The notes beneath the pieces were generated by a model. It worked only from the letters and a program-made list of their open reading frames with translations. It searched no databases and was not told the DNA's origin. Shown here in pieces: positions 10,501 through 18,022 of a stretch of DNA of 64,000 nucleotides. Numbering within the stretch: position 1 is the stretch's first letter; each line of letters starts with the position of its first letter. The DNA comes from a virus (Duplodnaviria; Caudoviricetes): the IMG/VR virus record IMGVR_UViG_3300007214_000006; one strand, written 5' to 3'. A program made the translations under genes and the position numbers.

Positions 10501-13412
10501 GTACCAATAGATGCTGCCGCTTGAGTAGCTTGTTGGTTTCCTTCTCTATTTTCGCTTGCTTTCTTATTGATTTTTTCTACATATTTTCTAATAACCAAGC
10601 GTTGAGCATTGGCTTCCATAGGATTTGGATTGCGTTTTCTTAATAGTTCATTTGCTGTAAGATCAACACCAGCGGATCTTAATATATCCTCTACGCCCAA
10701 AGCGGTTAATTCTCCAATTATTTTACTAGCTGGCAATTTTTCAGCATCGGATTCCGTAATATCTGCTAATATTTGCCTGGTTTTTCTTCCTGCTCTAGAT
10801 TTTCGTGGTTTTACAAATTCTCCAGCCATTAATTGTTGTCTATAATTGCTTGATATGTTTCTTGTTCTTTTTGGTCGATACAATAAAGATCTTTCGGTTT
10901 TTTCTATTTCTTCTTGAGATCTATATTCTACTGGTTGTCTTGTTTTTTTATTTTTTAATAAACCAGGAGTAGCATCTTCCATAACAATTAGATCACCAAT
11001 ATTAATATTATTTGGGTTTTTATCTAGTGCAGCAGGTCGTGCCTTATCCGCTATTATTTTTTCACTATTAGATCTTTCAAAAAGAACCGATCCTATTACT
11101 TTATCTAGTAAATCACGAGTTGATACTTGAGCATCTTTACTTTTTACTTCGACAGGAGTATTTCCTGAAATGCTAACACCGTCAACTCTAGAAAACTTAT
11201 TGCCTTTTTCTTGTTTATAGTAACCTAGAACATCTAAAATTCTTTCAAAACCTGTTCCTCTAGCTGAACTACCTTTACTACCTGTAGCTCCTCTATTACC
11301 AATATACATTTCTGTGACTTTTGGATTAATAGTTCTTGCTCTCTCAATTTGTTCTTCGGTTAAAACAACTTTTTGTCTTTTAATATTAGCCTCAATAGTA
11401 TCTTTAAGATTAAATCTCAAAGGTGGATTTTCTCTTCTTTTAATAGCTTTTTCTATACTTTCTCCAGATTTTTTATCATATGTGCTATCTATATTTCTAA
11501 CATATGGGGTGCTACTTTTTAATTGTGCTAATCCTCCTTGAGCAAACTTTTTTCTTCCACTAGCTATATCCGCAATATTAGACGGTCCAATAGTTTGTGT
11601 TGCTGCTTTTCTTATAACAAAACTACCTTCTGGTAAAGTAGTATAGAAACTATCACTATTTCCTTGACCAGGAACAATTCCTATTTTGCCTCCAGCAGCT
11701 TTTCTTTGTCTTTTATCGGCATAATTCATTTTTTTTAGAGTCGAAGTCCCAATACGAGCAGCTTCTTCAGGATATATAACTGCTTCTCCTGGCATAAGAG
11801 CAACAGGAACTCCAACACCTCCTCCTGCGGCATACTTTATATATCCCCCTGATTTTGCCCCACCTGGTCTTAATCCTCTCAAAAATCCTGTACCAAATTG
11901 TCTAATACTGCTAGCTCCTCTAAAAGCTGTCATTATAGCAAGTACAGGCAATACACCCTTAACACTATCTGCAACACTAATCAAAGCGCTAGCTAAACTC
12001 AGTGCTCCTTTTGCTAGTGCTTGGAATGTGTCACTACCTCCTATCTCTCTAAATAAAGCTAAAAATTCTTCTCTAACTTTTGCTGCTTGATTAGCCAAAG
12101 AAGCTTGTGCTTTTGCTGCATCAGCAGCTAATGAGCCTTGTCCTTGTTGAGCAACCCTCAAAGCATCTTGAGCTGTTGCGAACTGTTGAATAAGAGGAAT
12201 AACTTTACCGATTTGTCTGAACCCACCAAGCTCTTCTACAATTTCGCTAAATTTCAAATCTCTTGGATCAATACTATTTAACCCTTCACTTAATAATTGA
12301 ACAGCTTTATATGCCCCAACGAATTTACCCTCTGCGTCTGTTAAGTTAACTCCGAATTCTTTTAGAGCCTCAATCGTTCCGCCTCGTTGAATACGAGTAA
12401 AAATTGTTCTTAAGCCCGTAGCAATAGTTTCTGCGCTTTCACGAGTAGTAGCTCTTACGCTTGTAAAAACAGCAATAAACTCATTTAATGCATCTGTACC
12501 TTCACTAACTCCTCTACTAGCGCTAGCAAACACACCACCAGTTCTTTGAATAGCAGCAATAATATCACTAGCTTCAACAGCAAATTTTGCAGAAACCGCG
12601 TTTACTGCGCCAAGAGATTTTTCTAGATCGTTCGCACTAATTCCGAACTGTCTCATCAAAGCGATACTTCCTTCTACCGTCTGATTCATATTATCAAACG
12701 AAGGAGCCAAGCTACTAAGGGCCAAAGCCTTTAAAGCTCGTTCTGTGTCTCTTGCTGTTAAACCAGCTTGCGCTAATGTTAATGAAACATCTGTTAATTC
12801 ATTTGAACTAACACCCAAAGATGTTGATAACCCACTGATTGTTTTAGCTAGTTGTGATAATCCTGACGCTGATTCTCCAGTAACCTGTTGTAATTTAACA
12901 AATTGTCTATCGTATTCTATAAAAGCATCAATGCCTTTTCTGATAGCATTTGTTAATCCCATTATAGTACCAGCAGATAAACTAAATGCTGTAAATCTTC
13001 TTATTGCCAAGCCTGCTGTTCTCCCGAACTCGATCATTTCTGATGATGCGGCTCTCGTTTGTCTCGCGGTATTAGTCATTCCGGTAGCGGTATTATTAGC
13101 AGCTGCTGCTGTATTATTTAAGTTTCTATTTAATGCCGCAGCACCATTTCCAATAGATGATATTGCAGAACCGAACTGTCTAATAGCATTAGCGGCGTTG
13201 TTTGCATTATTAGTTGTGGCAGAAAGGTTGTTGTTCAGGGTTGTTAGCGCTGAATTTAACGAAGTAATATTTCTGGTGGTCGATGGGTTTATTCTGAGAT
13301 TAACATCACCAGTAACTGTACCTAATTGTCTTCTAATATCAGAAACTATATTTCTAACATTAGATGGTCCCCTAAGATTAATCTGCGCAGTTAAATTAAA
13401 TGCTGTTGCCAT
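1515..13412 (-). CDS. Tail tape measure protein (3965 aa) with embedded cargo domains
   Basis: N-terminal TP901-like TMP core (LQQVTGES...LTLAQAGL...VSAKFAVEASDI...ESAETIATGLRTIFTRI), long helical A/Q/K-rich tracts, repeated GTDTVPAMLTPGEFVVN motifs, and position after tail tube and chaperone genes. Confidence 0.93.
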   Translation of the reverse strand: MATAFNLTAQINLRGPSNVRNIVSDIRRQLGTVTGDVNLRINPSTTRNITSLNSALTTLNNNLSATTNNANNAANAIRQFGSAISSIGNGAAALNRNLNNTAAAANNTATGMTNTARQTRAASSEMIEFGRTAGLAIRRFTAFSLSAGTIMGLTNAIRKGIDAFIEYDRQFVKLQQVTGESASGLSQLAKTISGLSTSLGVSSNELTDVSLTLAQAGLTARDTERALKALALSSLAPSFDNMNQTVEGSIALMRQFGISANDLEKSLGAVNAVSAKFAVEASDIIAAIQRTGGVFASASRGVSEGTDALNEFIAVFTSVRATTRESAETIATGLRTIFTRIQRGGTIEALKEFGVNLTDAEGKFVGAYKAVQLLSEGLNSIDPRDLKFSEIVEELGGFRQIGKVIPLIQQFATAQDALRVAQQGQGSLAADAAKAQASLANQAAKVREEFLALFREIGGSDTFQALAKGALSLASALISVADSVKGVLPVLAIMTAFRGASSIRQFGTGFLRGLRPGGAKSGGYIKYAAGGGVGVPVALMPGEAVIYPEEAARIGTSTLKKMNYADKRQRKAAGGKIGIVPGQGNSDSFYTTLPEGSFVIRKAATQTIGPSNIADIASGRKKFAQGGLAQLKSSTPYVRNIDSTYDKKSGESIEKAIKRRENPPLRFNLKDTIEANIKRQKVVLTEEQIERARTINPKVTEMYIGNRGATGSKGSSARGTGFERILDVLGYYKQEKGNKFSRVDGVSISGNTPVEVKSKDAQVSTRDLLDKVIGSVLFERSNSEKIIADKARPAALDKNPNNINIGDLIVMEDATPGLLKNKKTRQPVEYRSQEEIEKTERSLLYRPKRTRNISSNYRQQLMAGEFVKPRKSRAGRKTRQILADITESDAEKLPASKIIGELTALGVEDILRSAGVDLTANELLRKRNPNPMEANAQRLVIRKYVEKINKKASENREGNQQATQAAASIGTLFGAVGMFGNPFPPEELVLSAGLREPVTVRVFGAVLDKNKAARAARLKSLQLNDPNYIDIKNAPIASKLDKEYTREELSGVRKRNNERLTKSILEALSGGSGTKAFFDFDKTLALKTDPIGYKAKKGTKPDYTAFGDLDLVTRGLQKAKPSILMSGLVRLVNKTRKRMPDQLSSLLSNMYVVSARPQNTMGAIASWLASKGLPIPAGNVRGVGGSGMSDKAVGVAKANTILEAAGSSSSVFVDDAAENIMAAKASNIKSYTYGLTFDKDRASKKAIADSQGAKFQNEISSYLKETAPQLYGAMAQEAEIHRSVDFPYGLGATIARNWFNNSLLANIPVDAKRTLTGPRGKIPSNITNYLKARGFAFGGAVQKLSEGGAPESGPELITHGGSKYLKDDVVKAMREVTGKTLTPEEAIAEFTKRNAKGDLFYTDWGIPSESQKLPKSLRPYTGPAGLLEKVQGSIMQKQDRIATWKQRQGLGSSDYEGRTTEQKKYLRARGRYAAGGEIPIMAQEGEYVINRHSAQAIGYSNLHKLNKYHNGGVVQKFARGTTVRPLEPGQYIRSGMTYDIRAGEADALQQREDKIRARIRRRQQQRQQTAEATPQARTLRRNIRQERDDRIQAIQKKYATDTIDIDQRILRIKQAALKQYGVNLTDAQVTNQLMKMSLKSDKEIAQAKKTAVMQYKQGLKTIMTDVSGPSSRYNPKRRAGGNQTGRDYYDSIYSSDKRRDRQEEIQRIRQNRLGGIGGAIRSTGLRARNLVSNVLPDTLKNIGVMPFSSQEQARNAQTTANSRIAPVAAGRRASASMRDLTQSDSFRALDPAARKQALIDAGFGRGGAGSQAILAGNAANRRRNNGGLVGGRAVAAGSSGDRQNSAMNRAFMLSMAIPMIGDLFAGGEAKTASQARSQSLTQGATTAIGSSVMMGSMVSEMTQGMGGIAKFAGPVAMVTTAVIGLTKAFIDAENAAREFAISSEQKKLETSIEITNNSLQKFSENLKDRSVKETARTQVLQTIGQTENVITAKNKPQLGFANLFDYGENVDKRSEVLFSKGVGSYIQTLEDPISNMFGMSNKNSLGYSSSDIGLSRQYSTLIPQKSRDRAADFRGAAEATQQFLTSNIKSGTSISDLETENKPQFDSFIRSLALADASVQEQIMNIENSTNIQKEQKSAMIAGIIAANGERKAREIQTKILKEKSLEELNRSANHLQNSLERMFQNMEQAIGRNVFQLNNLSQQAELSASALSGNAKAGQVALKSMNVLQNPRAYNKTERASAAQNAANMFGSESATMKGLLQAGGAIEDTIMSTINKTIKEDPTAGNEKIGIRIQSNISKALEDLKIPPDLSAKLSKQVNEAIGQIRQKGDEKIDFGDLMEKVPQLGKVMDATRRAQEAALKALEHWQNGLNDYANSMNQMVDLQVEANSRMRRASDIQIRGQMELDKVLGKEISLRDQMNVATAGVRSQTGGITDPAAIAQNIRRLEDRRATQQSMSNTAGQRGFGGADEFKLMQDRLRNTNIALRENYDALKSMADNTEMASIAMAKINEIQQKRQAGVNMAERLVTSSPQEFSQLNRAMDRLNNNMQGGINFGSSAEQRKESLDAFNMIAPFLGEKQNEMKANVLESMLMESGVGVNSMMAEVLQSLRNPEGDPEMQAAIAEYKKAVDLQALANKELGLLNLAIAKNTEETAATKLASVMSTFKFTFEGAQLNDVVNEIKLLRQVVENKPGAMGADGFSSGGIIYAAAGQLVNFQPKGTDTVPAMLTPGEFVVNRSATQKHLPLLNKINSGGYSSGGRVKYYADGGYVAVDEKWSNIADEKEREDKAERDYEQTSRTNKSIKLDNINWKYINANDITKEKFYFFDNIGYALSSRSQEDLLSSDELYENKDINRPKNINRLITGKSLFWGLGTGVDEIQSTSNNSVPLKFQSKHKLSRKFTELPSRKWIDDATNQTTSLSIEEGSAILNDIIEKTNKISEMLPFIDKNNGELITARKNKIIYDLNKIKPNQASPSFSVSTKNTKTSLIRNADGTISPGKEEKLKNNQVTWVIKNLTQSASNISDGALLLPSEVNDLFKANAGNSNTVTFDAGEYIGGGNYLPKIAAKPLRNQNFATEIVSDDLGDSMSYLSDYLNKIFILQENLTTTHSILKDKKSFKETEESLKNKERISNFQNLFNNTIPSAPFNKTIEGYQSPLTLYNENISKKWSDYSGRISALKAQKSFNFSETGDDFIKLKDLANNNIKSFAWTDAGFTPEDYNSVFGNIQDNIELVKKNVNSKIEEYNKDGLQFTYRRYLAPSLKFNMGSRRYTDEPISPRYAFIEPQSPDISPVNPFAGGIIPQGSVIWTTDLNNSLTKILSGEQTNFKTTQFLDPSSYPNVEPFTLSNEDHPEVPYDFSKFLEARQKNLDKIEKEKAISAVKSDFSMDELAKVNDAKRITLARAFYKLAKTSSPKNVQEALQKDITTIADIGNTAIAISSKIPANAPSDSYARHSIDAWRAAFAEIYNNKDAKLLQNLGVNMADDAFSEPLIEKSTLGNNVIRYYKNYTGASPELLQSIINREIMIKTGSMTSTAYEQPVDEKGNPLGVAKGDSYAFGASGQAKVEKDVTPDSWNKVRELALDPQRVFPDIGTRSNLFDQLISFYTSGKNKYGESIIPTDALREEKIDRLESLQWYFHQFDRLVNTGMATGEPNDTELGRSDNWVEALDYKFLATSLKAMKSDEGSKNWNEFSQSYKPLLNLENGRDTLTANQVAQIIIATGALKEEQTKKAEEAAQQTATMSNGGVVYASKGALVNYQPRGTDTVPAMLTPGEFVVNRAATQKHLPVLKAINEGHYSRGGIVKYLSGGGIIFPNYYETAGITSANNSSFNLSSFMGDIFGQITSAITTGFQNASSAIGGGLTTTTTNGVSSIDTDTLNKIGEFTNRLKSVADTLAGLSAIPQEITITVTHTHNVIINGDSALNKLSPDLQDIAMDSIREKFAELTALNQTAGAPLINPFDQA

Positions 13413-13430
13413 AAATATTCTCTAAAATAA

Positions 13431-13467
13431 TATAACCCCATAGCTATTAAATAGCCATGAGGTTATA
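13431..13467 (-). terminator. 17-bp hairpin (intrinsic terminator/attenuator-like) directly upstream of the TMP start
   Basis: Minus strand TATAACCTCATGGCTAT-TTA-ATAGCTATGGGGTTATA pairs fully (two G-U) and is followed by TTATTTT. Confidence 0.65.
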
Positions 13468-13494
13468 AGTAGGTTATAAAAACAAAAAGAATAA

Positions 13495-14361
13495 TTAGCT
13501 AGTAGATTCTGGTTGTGTGACTTCCTGTGAAACTTCTGATTGTGGTATTGTTTCATTTTTTTCTTCGTCCAGAATAATAGGATTCCCATTTTCGTCTAAG
13601 AATGGCTGTTGGTCAACAACATATTCTCCATCTTTGTCTACTCTGTTGCCAAATTTATCAATAAAGTTACCAGCATCATCAATAAATCTACCATTTTCAT
13701 CAACAAGCCTTCCTTCACTATCTATTAATCTTCCCTTTTTATCAATTAGTCTCAATTTATTATCTACAAATTTAAACTTTTTCAAAAATTTATTTTCTGG
13801 TAAATTACTTTCGTAATCATTATCCAAACCATACAGCATATTAGCTAAATTTTGAGCTCCCTGTATAGCAACCTGATCTGTTGATCTATTTAGGTAGTCT
13901 TCAAGACTAGAAAAATATGGCTGTTTAGTATCATTATACACCACACAAACACTGACTAAATAATTAAATCTAGCATTATCTGCTTGTCCTTCAGCACTAT
14001 GATTATCTAAACTTGTTCTAACACTAATTAGATCTCTTATTTCATCTCTTAATTGTTTCATTTTAATGGCTAAATCTTTAGCTTCATTTAAACTAAATCC
14101 TCCTTTAGCTAATCTTTTTTCTCCATCAAGCAATTCTTTTTGCAGACTAGTGAACTTAGCCTGTTTTTCATCGTTCCATAATCCTTGATCTTCTAAAAGA
14201 TCGTCAAGCTTTGCTCTAACAACGCTCTTGCTTTTGATAGCATCAGTAAAGGATTGATTATATACTTTCTGTCCTTCTCTCTGATCATTTAAAGAGGGGC
14301 TGCGAACTAAGAACTCTTTTTCTACATTATCAACCGTAACCTTGAAAGTTTTTGTTTTCAT
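13495..14361 (-). CDS. Putative tail assembly chaperone with C-terminal 7-aa DxxG repeats
   Basis: Immediately upstream of the TMP. Tandem IDKKGRL/IDSEGRL/VDENGRF/IDDAGNF/IDKFGNR/VDKDGEY. N-terminal half resembles 14665..15720. Confidence 0.6.
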   Translation of the reverse strand: MKTKTFKVTVDNVEKEFLVRSPSLNDQREGQKVYNQSFTDAIKSKSVVRAKLDDLLEDQGLWNDEKQAKFTSLQKELLDGEKRLAKGGFSLNEAKDLAIKMKQLRDEIRDLISVRTSLDNHSAEGQADNARFNYLVSVCVVYNDTKQPYFSSLEDYLNRSTDQVAIQGAQNLANMLYGLDNDYESNLPENKFLKKFKFVDNKLRLIDKKGRLIDSEGRLVDENGRFIDDAGNFIDKFGNRVDKDGEYVVDQQPFLDENGNPIILDEEKNETIPQSEVSQEVTQPESTS

Positions 14362-14687
14362 GACTGATTATCTCCTTTTGTATCGTTATCAAAACGAATT
14401 TCATAATTATATTTGTGACTGTTATTTTTTTCATTAATAAAATATTTATACATATTTTCTATAGCCGATCTAGTTTGATGGTTACCAAAATTTAATATAT
14501 CATGTCTAGCCTTTTGCCATAAATCATGATAATAATCTCCTAATTCATCCTCTTTTTCCCAGAGTTTTCCAAATGTTTCTTCGAATCTGGCTAAAGCGCC
14601 GATCATAATTGTTGTGCATTTTTTTTCTGTATCTTTGATTAGTTTATTTTGTTTATGATTCATATTATTTCTTTCTACTAGCAGCAT
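14358..14687 (-). CDS. Hypothetical protein in the tail operon (likely start 14663, MNHKQ)
   Basis: ORF track; ATGA-type overlap with the downstream gene. Confidence 0.6.
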   Translation of the reverse strand: MLLVERNNMNHKQNKLIKDTEKKCTTIMIGALARFEETFGKLWEKEDELGDYYHDLWQKARHDILNFGNHQTRSAIENMYKYFINEKNNSHKYNYEIRFDNDTKGDNQS

Positions 14688-15720
14688 TAAGTTGTGATAT
14701 GGTTTGTCTTAACTCTCTTTGAACATCTGGCAATTCTCCGTCATGTGCTTTTCCTTTTTGTTTTATAAATGCCATTTTTTCTTTTATTGCTAAACTAGAT
14801 TCAGGAGAATTCATTTCAGAAATACTGTTATAGTCTTGTTCATTTCCGCTCAAAAGAAATACTTCTCCTGAATTTTTTAGTCTTGGATTACTAGTATCAA
14901 ATTGGTTTTGTTTTTTGGTTTTTTCATTTTTTCGTTTTTGTAATATCATCCAACCATCCAATGCATCATCATCTTCTATAATATTTTCATCTGGACATTC
15001 TGGATGCTCATGAATATTGTCATACATTCTACTTATATTTAATAATGCTCTTTGTTCATCTGTCAATAATACTATTGGCTTATCAAATAATGTACAATAT
15101 TTAGAGCAATTCATATATGATCTCCAAATTTGACTTCTAGCAAGCATCTTATATGTTTCTGTAGAAATAATCAGTTTATCTATTTCTTGCACCAATGAAT
15201 TGAATAATGTTGACGAATTTTTAGAGGATTTAATATCATTATAATCAAACACTAATTCATTATCTCTATATAATGTGTGACATATAATATATTCATTTTT
15301 TAATGAACTAGCATATCCTTCTAAAGTATTAGAAATAAAATTTTGTTTAGTTAAATATATTTTATTAATTTGATTTTTAGTATTTTTTATATTATTTTTA
15401 ATCATTTTGATTTTAGATGGCAATAAAAAATTCTCAAATAATTCTACCTTAAGAGTATCTAGTTTTTTCTCCAAATCTTGCAGTGCTTTTTCTGTCTGAA
15501 AATTCCACAGTTCAATAGATATTAACAAATTTTTAGTATTTTCTTCTCTAAACCAATTATCAAATTTTTCTTCATTAAGAATATGATCATATAGTAAAGA
15601 AGATTGGTATTTAATATCTAGTGATGGAGAATGCAGAGAATATTCATTATCATTATAATAAAATATAGTCTTTCCTAATAATATCCTATTTAGAAGAATT
15701 TCTTTGTCATTGTCCGTCAT
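14665..15720 (-). CDS. Putative tail assembly chaperone, paralogue of 13495..14361
   Basis: Shares SPSL...LW...EGxA...Y(I/L)..C/V..YxD with 13495..14361 and lies between tail tube and TMP. Confidence 0.55.
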   Translation of the reverse strand: MTDNDKEILLNRILLGKTIFYYNDNEYSLHSPSLDIKYQSSLLYDHILNEEKFDNWFREENTKNLLISIELWNFQTEKALQDLEKKLDTLKVELFENFLLPSKIKMIKNNIKNTKNQINKIYLTKQNFISNTLEGYASSLKNEYIICHTLYRDNELVFDYNDIKSSKNSSTLFNSLVQEIDKLIISTETYKMLARSQIWRSYMNCSKYCTLFDKPIVLLTDEQRALLNISRMYDNIHEHPECPDENIIEDDDALDGWMILQKRKNEKTKKQNQFDTSNPRLKNSGEVFLLSGNEQDYNSISEMNSPESSLAIKEKMAFIKQKGKAHDGELPDVQRELRQTISQLNAASRKK

Positions 15721-15865
15721 TACTAATTTTTAGATCATTTCTTAGATCGCTGATAGTTTTGTCTTTTTCTTTCATCTGAGACTGTAATATGTCTATATAT
15801 TTTTGAGCATTATATATGTCTGCATATAATCTACCTATGAGATTATATAATTCATCATTATTCAT
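15707..15865 (-). CDS. Small coiled-coil protein (52 aa; not in the ORF track)
   Basis: Manual translation MNNDELYNLIGRLYADIYNAQKYIDILQSQMKEKDKTISDLRNDLKISNDGQ. Fills the gap and overlaps the next start. Confidence 0.65.
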   Translation of the reverse strand: MNNDELYNLIGRLYADIYNAQKYIDILQSQMKEKDKTISDLRNDLKISNDGQ

Positions 15866-15917
15866 GTTTCCTAATATCCTATCAATAAATATCTACTAAC
15901 ATATAAAACTATTTTAT

Positions 15918-17003
15918 TCAATTCTCAAATCTAAATGGTAAACTTGGCACATACTGAGGACTACCTACTGATTGTCCCACCGCCGAGCCAAATTGTGAAC
16001 CGTCACCGCTATATGATCCAGCAGCGGTCATACTAAAAGTATTATCTGTGGTAAAGCTATAACTAATCTCAACATTACCACCACCAGTATCCCCACCTGT
16101 ATAATTTACTGATTGTAGTTTATTCTTATTTCCAAGATCAATTGTTAATTTATCGCCACTACCACTACCGCATATAACAAACTTAATTGGATGGTTTGTG
16201 ATAGAACTGGTTCCGGTGCAACTATATTGTGTTTCACTAATACTTAGAAAATCACCAACCGTACCAATGCTTGTAATTTCAGTAGTAATTTCAACTGGAA
16301 AATTAACATATCTTAAGTAGGGCTCAAATTCTCCTAATGAATAGATAGCTTCACGACCAAGATCCATGCTTACAGTAACGTTACTAAGCACAGCATCTTT
16401 CATGCCGCCAGCACCTGTTGGGAAAACCGAACTATTATAATCAAATTTCCAGCGTCGTGCTGTAGCCGGTGCCTTAATAGCACTGGCAAATAAAGTATCT
16501 ACTGCACTAGGAACTTCCCAGCTCTTATTGTTTCCTATCAAAGTAACTTCTTCAGTGATATTTCCTTCCGTTGGGAAAGTATATGTAAAATTAGAAGCAT
16601 ATAACCCAGTGCATTTTACATAAGATTCAGGAACACCACTTGAACCGTATCCTGTATCATCATATACATTTAATTGTAAATTTACTCTATTGTTTGCACC
16701 GCCAACAAGACTCTGATAGGAGCAAGATGATACTCCTCCCATTGTCATTAAAAATAATGGCTTGGTACCATCAAAAACCTTATTAATGGTAACTTCAACT
16801 TCGGGATTATTCTCTATACTATCATACTGTTCTAATTGACCAAGTTGGAAAATCTTTTCAAGATTAAAATTAGTGTTAAGACCAACGCTTTGTATACCAC
16901 AAGGAACGAGTGTGTCAGAATCAACTGTTCCGTTCTCATTTACTGGATTTAGTTTTATGCCTTGTGTTGCGTAAAAAATTCTTTTATTGGCCATAATAAT
17001 CAC
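15918..17003 (-). CDS. Major tail tube protein
   Basis: Beta-rich 361 aa with QSVGLNTNFNLEKIFQLGQLE...PEVEVTINK and SNVTVSMDLGREAIYSLG. Position between tail completion genes and chaperones/TMP. Confidence 0.75.
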   Translation of the reverse strand: MIIMANKRIFYATQGIKLNPVNENGTVDSDTLVPCGIQSVGLNTNFNLEKIFQLGQLEQYDSIENNPEVEVTINKVFDGTKPLFLMTMGGVSSCSYQSLVGGANNRVNLQLNVYDDTGYGSSGVPESYVKCTGLYASNFTYTFPTEGNITEEVTLIGNNKSWEVPSAVDTLFASAIKAPATARRWKFDYNSSVFPTGAGGMKDAVLSNVTVSMDLGREAIYSLGEFEPYLRYVNFPVEITTEITSIGTVGDFLSISETQYSCTGTSSITNHPIKFVICGSGSGDKLTIDLGNKNKLQSVNYTGGDTGGGNVEISYSFTTDNTFSMTAAGSYSGDGSQFGSAVGQSVGSPQYVPSLPFRFEN

Positions 17004-17054
17004 TCCGATGTGTTGAGCGGTGATATGTTATACTTGCTGTTAACTATGAATTAT

Positions 17055-17060
17055 TACACC
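17055..17060 (-). promoter_or_regulatory. Putative late-promoter motif GGTGTA upstream of the tail tube gene
   Basis: TACACC on the + strand in the intergenic gap, 52 nt upstream of the ATG. The same motif precedes eight other minus-strand genes. Confidence 0.55.
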
Positions 17061-17071
17061 AATAAAAAGTA

Positions 17072-18022
17072 TTATGGATAAATTTTTATAGTCCAACGAA
17101 TGACTGAACTATGCAGAGTTGAAGATATACTGTTTATCTCAGATAATACAGAATTATGAATAACAAAAATATTTGACCTATATAAACTATTGTTCATAAT
17201 TTCGTTATAATATAATCCACTATTATTAATTTGACCTTTATTATCTAGCTTATAAACATTATCTTTTATAACCTTATTAATATCATATAAATATGATTCT
17301 CTGTCTTTTTGTATTAACAATATATCAGATATAGAGTCTCTTTGAGAAGCATTTTCTGTATATATATGCAATAATACATCCTGATCAATAATATTATCAA
17401 CACTACCTAATTGGTACGGAGTTTGAGATGTTCTAGCTATAGTCTCCACAATTATGCAGGGTAATTGGACTCTATGATTGGCCGTTATTATTTGCCCTTT
17501 ATTTTTTGCAGAAGCATCTGGATCATATGATAATCTTTGTAGTTCTCTCCACCATGAGCATTCATGAGCTGTATATGTTTGTATATATCTATAACTATAA
17601 TTTAATTTAATATTTGTTGATGGTGGTTTTGGCGACAAGAATATAATCTGTCCCATAGGGTAGTTTATAGAATAGTTGTTGGGGCTAATACCAGTTGGGC
17701 CTGGGACAAAAATATTGTTTATATATATGCCAGAAATAGGGGTCGGGCACCTATTATTATGGCACACGCCTGTTTCAAAAACCCAATCTTTTCTTGATCC
17801 TTCCCAAACCGTATTATTTGTTCTTGCTGGATCTTGAGATGGTTTTAAAGTCCCAAAATCTCCATTATATAATCCGCTAGTAGGAACATTAACATTGATA
17901 AATCCTCCTATACTTAAAAAACTATAATCTAAAAAACTTTTAAGATTATCTTCTAATTGGGATATAGACGGTTTATCTGATATATTTTGTATATTATGAA
18001 AACCTAAAAATATATTACTCAT
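17072..18022 (-). CDS. Tail terminator/tail completion-like protein
   Basis: Position directly before the tail tube gene; C-terminal LPCIIVE...DVLLHIYTENASQRDSISDIL pattern typical of tail terminators. Confidence 0.55.
   Translation of the reverse strand: MSNIFLGFHNIQNISDKPSISQLEDNLKSFLDYSFLSIGGFINVNVPTSGLYNGDFGTLKPSQDPARTNNTVWEGSRKDWVFETGVCHNNRCPTPISGIYINNIFVPGPTGISPNNYSINYPMGQIIFLSPKPPSTNIKLNYSYRYIQTYTAHECSWWRELQRLSYDPDASAKNKGQIITANHRVQLPCIIVETIARTSQTPYQLGSVDNIIDQDVLLHIYTENASQRDSISDILLIQKDRESYLYDINKVIKDNVYKLDNKGQINNSGLYYNEIMNNSLYRSNIFVIHNSVLSEINSISSTLHSSVIRWTIKIYP

Noticed and set aside
12745-13425. 226-aa plus-strand ORF, and the other plus-strand ORFs from 188 to 61 kb apart from 42733 and 42969
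   Set aside because: Antisense shadows of long minus-strand genes, with no RBS or promoter support and with compositions mirroring the real frame.
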